A stretch of 64,000 nucleotides of DNA, taken from Rubrivivax sp. (GTDB lineage Bacteria; Pseudomonadota; Gammaproteobacteria; Burkholderiales; Burkholderiaceae_C). The position numbers were made by a program, and so were the translations under genes. Shown one piece after another: positions 41,369 through 47,929 of this stretch (position 1 is its first letter; each line of letters opens with the position of its first letter). Where the stretch lies: contig JALHPF010000012.1 of assembly GCA_022842595.1 (NCBI GenBank), positions 37,358-101,357 of the forward strand. Reading direction: 5' to 3'. The notes below the pieces were generated by a model, which was given only the letters and a program-made list of their open reading frames with translations, was not told where the DNA came from and searched no databases.

Positions 41369-42616
41369 ATGCGGGGCCCGGCCCCGTGCCATTCCGCCAC
41401 TTCAAGCCTCGTGAAACTTCAGCCGTTCTCAGCCCAGTACATCCTTCGCGACAAGCCGCTGCCTTTCGGGCTGCGCGACGCGACGGGCCGGCTGTTGCTG
41501 GCCGCAGGTGAGCGCATCGAGACCGAGCAGCAGCTGAGCCTGCTCGCCGCACAGAACGTGTTCGTCGACGAGTCCGAATCGGCCGACTGGCACCGCCGCC
41601 TGCAGGCCGCGATGGACCTGAAGATCCGCCAGGGCGCGACCTTGTCGCAGGTGGCCGCGGTCAGCATCGCCAACGAGGTACGTGAAGCGCGCCCGGCGCG
41701 CCCGCTGTCCCTGGCCGAGCAGTGGGAGGAAATGACCACCCAGCTCGACGCGCTGCTGCGCGACGTACGTGCCGACAGCGACTGGCAGCCCCGCCTGCAC
41801 GCCCTGCTGGCGCGTGCCCGCGCACTGCTGCAGCGCCGGCCCGACGATGCCCTGTACCTGGGCGTCTACGAGGCCAGCCACTCGGCGGAAAAGTACAGCA
41901 GCCACCACGCCATGCTGGTCATGCAGATCTGCGAGCAGACCGCTCCCATCCTGGGCTGGTCGAAGGACTGGACCGATGTGCTGAGCCTGGCCGCGCTGAC
42001 CATGAACGTGGGCATGCACCGCCTGCAGGACCAGCTGGCGCTGACCACCATGCCGCTGACACCCGCCACACGCGCCGAGATCGACCGCCACCCCGCCGTC
42101 AGCGTTGCGGTGCTGCGAGAAGGTGGCGTCGACAGCGCCTTGTGGCTGGAAGTGGTGCGCCTGCACCACGACGCCAGCGGCGCCGACCTGCCGCTGACGA
42201 GCCTGCCGCCGCCGCGCCAGCTGGCGCGGCTGCTGCGGCGGGTGGACATCTTCACCGCCAAGCTCAGCCAGCGCGCGACCCGGGCACCGATGTCGCCCGT
42301 GCAGGCGGCGCGCGAAGCCTGCCTGGGTGCCGGCGGCATGCCCGACGAGATCGGCGGTGCGCTGCTGAAGGCCGTGGGCCTGTACCCGCCGGGCAGTTTC
42401 GTGGAACTGGCCAGCGGTGAGATCGCCATCGTCGTGGCGCGCGGCCGCCGCGCCAACCTGCCGGTGGTGGCCAGCCTGATCGGCGCCAGCGGCAACGTGA
42501 TGATCGAGCCGGCGCTGCGCGACACCGTCGAGCGCCGCCACGCCGTCAAGGGCGCGTTGGCCTGCAGTTCGGTGAAGGTGCGGCCGCCCCACGAACGCCT
42601 GCTGGCGCTGCGCTGA
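41369..42616 (+). CDS. HD-GYP-like domain protein with degenerate catalytic motifs
   Basis: The C-terminal two-thirds follow the HD-GYP family outline: SHHAMLV..., LSLAALTMNVGM at the LHDIGK position, HHDASGADLP at the HHE..DG.GYP position, and the GLYPPGSFVELASGEIAIVV tail. The HD and GYP residues are replaced. Start is uncertain (ATG 41369 or GTG 41411). Confidence 0.7.
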   Translation: MRGPAPCHSATSSLVKLQPFSAQYILRDKPLPFGLRDATGRLLLAAGERIETEQQLSLLAAQNVFVDESESADWHRRLQAAMDLKIRQGATLSQVAAVSIANEVREARPARPLSLAEQWEEMTTQLDALLRDVRADSDWQPRLHALLARARALLQRRPDDALYLGVYEASHSAEKYSSHHAMLVMQICEQTAPILGWSKDWTDVLSLAALTMNVGMHRLQDQLALTTMPLTPATRAEIDRHPAVSVAVLREGGVDSALWLEVVRLHHDASGADLPLTSLPPPRQLARLLRRVDIFTAKLSQRATRAPMSPVQAAREACLGAGGMPDEIGGALLKAVGLYPPGSFVELASGEIAIVVARGRRANLPVVASLIGASGNVMIEPALRDTVERRHAVKGALACSSVKVRPPHERLLALR

Positions 42617-42701
42617 AGCCGGCCGCAGCGGCCAGGTCTGGCCGGCTGGCTGCAGGCTTCTCCGGCGATTGCTGCCGCCCTGCCGGCGGCACACTGCGTC
42701 G

Positions 42702-43538
42702 ATGAAGGCTGTGCCCACCCCTCTGGCCAAGCGCGCCGCCACGTCGGCGCGCGCGATGTCCGGCCCCGCCTGGGGCCGGCTGCGGCTGCCCTGGCCGCTG
42801 CCCGCCGTGCTGGCCTGGCTGCTGGCCGTGATGTTGTGGCGTGGCGGCCTGCAGATGGGTTGGCCGCCGGCCGTGGCCTGGGCTGCCGGGGTGGCTGTCG
42901 GCGCGGGGCTGGCCCTGGCCACCGAGGGGCGCTGGCGCCGCGCCATCGTCGCCTTGGGGTTCCCGCTGGCCACGTCGGCAACGCTGCTGTCGCTGGCCCA
43001 AGGCCTGGCGCTGCCACCCTGGGGCTGGGGTCTGGCGGCCCTGGGCCTGCTGCTGCTGTACCCGCTGGGTGCCTGGCGCGACGCGCCGTGGTTCCCGACA
43101 CCGCGTGGCGCGCTCGACGGCCTGGCGCAGGCCTGCGCCAGCGGCCCGCCGGCTTCGGTGCTCGACGCCGGCTGCGGCGTTGGCCACGGCCTGGCGGAAC
43201 TGCACTGGCAGTTTCCCCTGGCGCGGGTGCATGGCATCGAACGCAGCCGGCCGCTGCGCTGGCTGGCGGCCTGGCGCTGTCCCTGGGCGCAGGTGCGGGC
43301 CGGCGACATCTGGGTGGCGGACTGGTCGCGGCACGATCTGGTCTACGTCTTCCAGCGCCCGGAATCGATGCCGCGGGCCTTCGAGAAGGCCATGCGCGAA
43401 CTGCCGCCCGGCGGCTGGCTGGCGAGTCTGGAATTCGAGGTGCCCGGCGTGGCCCCGGTGCAGCGGCTGGCCGGCGCCCAGGGGCGGCCGGTCTGGCTGT
43501 ACAGGCAAGGCTCAACCGGGGCCGCAGCTTGCCGATAA
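42702..43538 (+). CDS. membrane-anchored class I SAM-dependent methyltransferase
   Basis: Hydrophobic Trp/Leu-rich N-terminal half with about 4 TM helices, then SAM motif I VLDAGCGVGHG and a post-I region. Start is ATG 42702 or 42669. Confidence 0.65.
   Translation: MKAVPTPLAKRAATSARAMSGPAWGRLRLPWPLPAVLAWLLAVMLWRGGLQMGWPPAVAWAAGVAVGAGLALATEGRWRRAIVALGFPLATSATLLSLAQGLALPPWGWGLAALGLLLLYPLGAWRDAPWFPTPRGALDGLAQACASGPPASVLDAGCGVGHGLAELHWQFPLARVHGIERSRPLRWLAAWRCPWAQVRAGDIWVADWSRHDLVYVFQRPESMPRAFEKAMRELPPGGWLASLEFEVPGVAPVQRLAGAQGRPVWLYRQGSTGAAACR
43512..43538 (+). promoter_or_regulatory. sigma28-type promoter for motAB
   Basis: TCAAC-N14-GCCGATAA, ending 57 nt upstream of the motA ATG. The final TAA of the -10 element is the methyltransferase stop codon. 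Confidence 0.6.
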
Positions 43539-43595
43539 ACAACCATGCCAGGCGGCCGAGTGGCCGCGGCGCCTTCGTCGGATCCTGAAACAGAC

Positions 43596-44456
43596 ATGTT
43601 CGTCATCATCGGTTGGGTCGTCGTGCTCGGTTGCGTCTTCGGGGTGTTCGTCGCCCACGGCGGCAACATGGGCCCGATCATCAAGGCGCTGCCCTGGGAA
43701 ATGGCCATGATCGGCGGCGCCACGCTGGGCGCCTTCCTGGTCAACAACCAGATGACGGTGATCAAGTCGACGATCGCCGGCGCCCTGAGCTGCTTCAAGG
43801 GCAGCAAGTACACCAAGGCGCGCTACATGGAATTGCTGGCGCTGCTTTACGACATCCTGCAGAAGGCGCGCAAGGAAGGCCTGATGTCGATCGAGAAGGA
43901 CGTCGAGGACCCGCACAGCAGCCCGCTGTTCCAGAAGTACCCGACCGTGGGCAACGACCACCATGTCACCGAGTTCATCACCGACTACCTGCGCATGATG
44001 GTCTCGGGCAACCTGAACGCGCACGAGATCGAGTCGCTGATGGACAGCGAGATCGAGACCCACCACCACGAGGCGCACGCGCCGGTGGCGGCCATCCAGC
44101 GCATCGCCGGCGGCCTGCCGGCCTTCGGCATCGTGGCTGCGGTTCTGGGCGTGGTGAAGACCATGGGCAGCGTCGGCCAGCCGCCGGCAGTGCTGGGCGC
44201 CATGATCGGCTCGGCCCTGGTCGGCACCTTCCTGGGCATCCTGCTGGCGTATGCCTTCGCCGAACCCATTGCGGGCTTGCTGGAGCAGAAGGTCGAAGAG
44301 GGCGGCAAGGAACTGCAGTGCATCAAGACCACGCTGCTGGCCAGCATGCAGGGCTACGCCCCGCAGGTGGCAATCGAGTTCGGCCGCAAGGTGCTGCTGA
44401 GCACCGTGCGCCCCACCTTCGGTGAGCTCGAGTCCCACGTGAAAGGCAAGAAGTGA
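43596..44456 (+). CDS. motA: flagellar stator protein MotA
   Basis: Internal ATG 43596: MFVIIGWVVVLGCVFGVFVAHGGN.... Four-TM pattern with the PAFGIVAAVLGVV plug/channel region. Confidence 0.9.
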   Translation: MFVIIGWVVVLGCVFGVFVAHGGNMGPIIKALPWEMAMIGGATLGAFLVNNQMTVIKSTIAGALSCFKGSKYTKARYMELLALLYDILQKARKEGLMSIEKDVEDPHSSPLFQKYPTVGNDHHVTEFITDYLRMMVSGNLNAHEIESLMDSEIETHHHEAHAPVAAIQRIAGGLPAFGIVAAVLGVVKTMGSVGQPPAVLGAMIGSALVGTFLGILLAYAFAEPIAGLLEQKVEEGGKELQCIKTTLLASMQGYAPQVAIEFGRKVLLSTVRPTFGELESHVKGKK

Positions 44457-44485
44457 GGGCCCCCCCCCGTAGCGCCTGCGGCGCT

Positions 44486-44536
44486 CCCCCCCAGGGGGGC
44501 GCCGCCAGCGGCCCGGCAGAGCCGGTTCCGCGGCGG
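44486..44536. repeat. GC-rich REP-like element, copy A core (motA|motB junction)
   Basis: CCCCCCAGGGGGGC and GCCAGCGGCCCGGCAGAGCCGGTT blocks are identical to copy B at 59906-59958. The element is made of stacked short palindromes. Confidence 0.6.
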
Positions 44537-44586
44537 CCGCTTGAAGCTGGCCTGGCTGCGCCGGCCGTTTGTTGCGGAGGTTCGTG

Positions 44587-45519
44587 ATGGCGGGGGATGC
44601 AAAGAAGCTGCAGCCGATCATCATCAAGCGCGTCAAGAAGGGCGGGCATTCCGCCCATGGCGGCGCGTGGAAGATTGCCTATGCCGACTTCGTGACGGCG
44701 ATGATGGCCTTCTTCCTGCTGATGTGGCTGCTGGGCAGCACCACCGAAGGCGACAAGAAGGGCATCGCCGACTACTTTGGTTCGCCCTTGAAGATTGCGC
44801 TGCTGTCCAGCGGTTCTGGGGCTGGCGATTCTTCGCATGTCGTGAAGGGCGGCGGCCAGGACCTCACGCGCACCACCGGCCAGGTCAAGCGCGGCGACAC
44901 CACGGCCGACCGCGCCACCATCAACCTGCGGGTGCTGAAGGCCGAGCAGGCCCGCGCCGAGATCGCGCGGCTCGAGCAGCTGAAGGAAAAGATCGAGGAG
45001 AAGCTGGCCGCCAACCCGAAGCTGGAGGCCATGCTCGGCCAGATCAAGCTGGACATGGTGGCCGACGGCCTTCGCATCCAGATCACCGACCAGGAAGGCC
45101 GGCCGATGTTCACCAGCGGCAGCGGCGACGTGCAGTGGTACATGCGCGACCTGCTGCGCGAGATCGGCGCGGTGCTGGCCGAAGTGCCCAACCGGCTGAC
45201 CCTGGAAGGCCACACCGATTCACTGCCGTTTTCCGCTGGCGGCCGGGGCTACAGCAACTGGGAACTCAGCGCCGACCGCGCCAACGCCTCGCGGCGTGAG
45301 CTGGTGGCCGGCGGCCTGGCCGAGGACCAGGTGCTGCGTGTGCAGGGCCTGGCCGCCAGCACGCCCTACGACCGCAAGGACCCGACCTCGCCGGCCAACC
45401 GCCGCATCAGCCTGATCGTGATGAATCGCGAAGCCGAGGAACGCATCTTCCGGGATGCGCTTCAGGCCCCCGAACCCGAGCTCGTCGTGCCCTCAAGTCC
45501 CCAGCCGGTCATCCGATAA
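44587..45519 (+). CDS. motB: flagellar stator protein MotB
   Basis: GGAGG lies 7 nt upstream of ATG 44587. WKIAYADFVTAMMAFFLLMWLL (TM with the conserved Asp) and a C-terminal OmpA-like LTLEGHTD...NWELSADRANASRREL. Confidence 0.9.
   Translation: MAGDAKKLQPIIIKRVKKGGHSAHGGAWKIAYADFVTAMMAFFLLMWLLGSTTEGDKKGIADYFGSPLKIALLSSGSGAGDSSHVVKGGGQDLTRTTGQVKRGDTTADRATINLRVLKAEQARAEIARLEQLKEKIEEKLAANPKLEAMLGQIKLDMVADGLRIQITDQEGRPMFTSGSGDVQWYMRDLLREIGAVLAEVPNRLTLEGHTDSLPFSAGGRGYSNWELSADRANASRRELVAGGLAEDQVLRVQGLAASTPYDRKDPTSPANRRISLIVMNREAEERIFRDALQAPEPELVVPSSPQPVIR
45493..45519 (+). promoter_or_regulatory. sigma28-type promoter for cheYZ
   Basis: TCAAG-N14-TCCGATAA inside the motB 3' end. The final TAA is the motB stop, and the cheY ATG is 40 nt downstream. 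Confidence 0.6.
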
Positions 45520-45558
45520 ATCAACCAGCATCCAGCCGCTCCCACCGAGGCTCCATCC

Positions 45559-45957
45559 ATGACCACGCCCACCGATCTCAAATTCCTCATCGTCGACGAC
45601 TTCTCCACCATGCGCCGCATCGTGCGTGGCCTGCTCAAGGAGATGGGTTGCAACAACGCCGACGAGGCCGAGGACGGTGCCGTCGCGCTGAGCATGCTGA
45701 AGGCGCAGAAGTACGACTTCGTCGTTTCCGACATCAACATGCCGAACATGAACGGCTTCGATCTGCTCAAGGCCATCAAGGCCGATGACTCGCTGAAGCA
45801 TCTGCCGGTGCTGATGGTCACGGCCGAAGCGCGCAAGGAAGACATCGTGCTGGCCGCACAAAGCGGTGCTGCCGGCTACATCGTCAAGCCCTTCACCAAG
45901 GCGACGCTGGAAGAGAAGCTGATGAAGATCATGCAGAAGCTTGCGGCCACGGCCTGA
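45559..45957 (+). CDS. cheY: chemotaxis response regulator CheY
   Basis: [13 protein letters not shown], phospho-acceptor [18 protein letters not shown] and YIVKPF. Confidence 0.95.
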   Translation: MTTPTDLKFLIVDDFSTMRRIVRGLLKEMGCNNADEAEDGAVALSMLKAQKYDFVVSDINMPNMNGFDLLKAIKADDSLKHLPVLMVTAEARKEDIVLAAQSGAAGYIVKPFTKATLEEKLMKIMQKLAATA

Positions 45958-45971
45958 AGGGAAACCCAGTC

Positions 45972-46601
45972 ATGAAAATGGACGACGCCAACACATTGCA
46001 GCCCGCCCCCCTGGCCGTTTCGCCCGAGGTCTTCCAGCAGATCGGCTCGATCACGCGGCTGCTGCACGACACGATGTCGCAACTGGGCGTGATGCCCAAG
46101 CTGCAGATCGCCACCGACGGCCTGCCCGACGCGCGCAGCCGCCTGACCTACATCGCCACGAAGACCGCCGAAGCCGCCAACAAGGTGCTGAACTCGGTCG
46201 ACCAGGCCAAGGCCGACCACGCCTTCATCACCGAAGCCACGCGTGCGATGGCCGCCGCGCTGGTGGAGAACCCCGTCAAGGCCGTGGCCAGTGGTGCCGT
46301 GCTGAACTTCGTGCAGGAAGTCGAGGCCCGCACCGCGCGCATCGACAACCACCTGACCGACATCATGATGGCGCAGGACTTCCACGACCTCACCGGTCAG
46401 GTGGTGGCCAAGGTCGTGACCCTGGCCAACGACCTGGAAGACAGCCTGGTGAAACTGCTGGTGAGCGTGGTGCCGCTCGACCAGCGCGAGAAGGTCGACC
46501 CCAGCGTGCTCGCCGGCCCGGTGGTGAACCCCGAAGGCCGCACCGACGTCGTGAGCAACCAGGGTGAGGTCGACGACCTCCTCGCGAGCCTGGGCTTTTA
46601 A
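45972..46601 (+). CDS. cheZ: CheY-P phosphatase CheZ
   Basis: DFHDLTGQVVAKV catalytic region and the C-terminal CheY-binding tail GEVDDLLASLGF. Confidence 0.85.
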   Translation: MKMDDANTLQPAPLAVSPEVFQQIGSITRLLHDTMSQLGVMPKLQIATDGLPDARSRLTYIATKTAEAANKVLNSVDQAKADHAFITEATRAMAAALVENPVKAVASGAVLNFVQEVEARTARIDNHLTDIMMAQDFHDLTGQVVAKVVTLANDLEDSLVKLLVSVVPLDQREKVDPSVLAGPVVNPEGRTDVVSNQGEVDDLLASLGF

Positions 46602-46644
46602 GCCCTGGTCGCCTTCTGCTGCGCGAGCCTGGGCTTTTAAGCCC
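46584..46644 (+). repeat. direct repeat of the cheZ 3' end (22 bp x2, 39-bp period)
   Basis: gcgagcctgggcttttaagccc occurs at 46584-46605 (including the cheZ stop) and again at 46623-46644. Each copy carries a small GGGCTT/AAGCCC palindrome. Confidence 0.7.
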
Positions 46645-46652
46645 GAGCCGCC

Positions 46653-46679
46653 CAGGCCATGGCCTCGCGCCATGGCCTG
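46653..46679 (+). terminator. strong hairpin after cheZ (terminator-like, no U-tract)
   Basis: CAGGCCATGGC-ctcgc-GCCATGGCCTG, an 11-bp perfect stem. No T-run follows, so it may be a processing or stabilising hairpin, or a REP element. Confidence 0.4.
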
Positions 46680-46768
46680 AGAACCGTCCCGTTTAGCCCC
46701 TTTCTCCCGCGGCGCCGCAGGCGCTGCCACGGCACCATGGCAAGGCTCGCTCCAGAGCCCCTTCCGCC

Positions 46769-47929
46769 ATGGCTGACACCGCTCAAGACAAGACCCTACC
46801 TGCCACCCCGCGCCGCATCGAGAAGGCGCGTGAGGACGGCCAGGTCGCGCGTTCCCGCGATCTCACGCACCTGGCCGTGCTGGGCAGCGGCATCGCGCTG
46901 GTGGCGGCCTTTGCCCCCGAGCTGACGGCCTGGCTGCAGGCCCTGCTGGCCCGCGGCCTGCGGTTCGATGCCGCCGCCATTGCCTCGCCCGCGGGCATGG
47001 GCGAAAGGCTGGCCGACCTGGCCGCGCCGATGCTGATGGCGCTGCTGCCCATCGGCGCCGTCACCGCCCTGGTGGCCCTGGTGAGCACGGTGCTGGCCGG
47101 CGGCTGGAACTTCAGCCTGAAGCCGCTGGAACCCACCTTCGAGAAGGTCGACCCGCTGGCCGGCATCAAGCGCCTGTTCGGCATGGACCAGCTCACCAAT
47201 ACGCTGAAGTCCTGCCTGCTGGCGCTGATCCTGGGCACGGTGGGCGGCACCCTGCTGTGGCTGCAGTGGGCCCAGCACGCCGCCTTACTGGCCCTGCCGC
47301 TGCCCGAGGCCCTGGCCACCAGCGGCACCCTGCTGCGCAACGGCCTGCTGTTGTTGTGCGGCGTGCTCGCGCTGTTTGCACTGGTCGACGTGCCGCTGCA
47401 GCGCCAGCTGCTGCTGCGCCGCCTGCGCATGAGCGTGCAGGACCTGAAGCAGGAATACAAGGAAGTCGAAGGCAATGCCGAGGTCAAGGGTCGGCGCCGC
47501 GCCTTGATGCGCGAACTGGCCAACCGCCGGATGCTGGGCAATGTCGCCACCGCCGACCTGGTGGTGATGAACCCCACCCACTACGCCGTGGCGCTGCGAT
47601 ACGACGAAGCCCGCGGTGGTGCGCCGCGGGTCGTGGCCAAGGGTGCCGACCTGCTGGCGCTTCGCATCCGCGACCTGGCGCGCGACGCCAAGGTGCCGGT
47701 GCTGCAGGCGCCGCCGCTGGCGCGGGCGCTCTACGCCCATTGCGAGCTGGACCAGGAAGTGCCCGCCCGGCTGTTCGCTGCCGTGGCGCAGGTGCTGGCC
47801 TGGGTCTTCCAGCTGCGCGATGCCGTGGCCAGCGGCCGTGCCGCACCCGCGGTGCCACCCGTGCCCGAGGTACCCGCGGACATGGACCCGATCAACCAGG
47901 ACAAGCCGCGCCAGGAGCCTGAACTGTGA
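46769..47929 (+). CDS. flhB: flagellar export apparatus protein FlhB
   Basis: N-terminal DKTLPATPRRIEKAREDGQVARSRDL and the autocleavage site NPTHYAVAL. Confidence 0.9.
   Translation: MADTAQDKTLPATPRRIEKAREDGQVARSRDLTHLAVLGSGIALVAAFAPELTAWLQALLARGLRFDAAAIASPAGMGERLADLAAPMLMALLPIGAVTALVALVSTVLAGGWNFSLKPLEPTFEKVDPLAGIKRLFGMDQLTNTLKSCLLALILGTVGGTLLWLQWAQHAALLALPLPEALATSGTLLRNGLLLLCGVLALFALVDVPLQRQLLLRRLRMSVQDLKQEYKEVEGNAEVKGRRRALMRELANRRMLGNVATADLVVMNPTHYAVALRYDEARGGAPRVVAKGADLLALRIRDLARDAKVPVLQAPPLARALYAHCELDQEVPARLFAAVAQVLAWVFQLRDAVASGRAAPAVPPVPEVPADMDPINQDKPRQEPEL

Noticed and set aside
41429-43542. 626-aa and 558-aa ORFs antisense to, or out of frame with, the HD-GYP-like and methyltransferase genes
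   Set aside because: Composition is Arg/Pro/Ala/Gly-dominated with no motifs. The plus-strand ORFs carry recognisable family outlines and fit the promoter and terminator layout.
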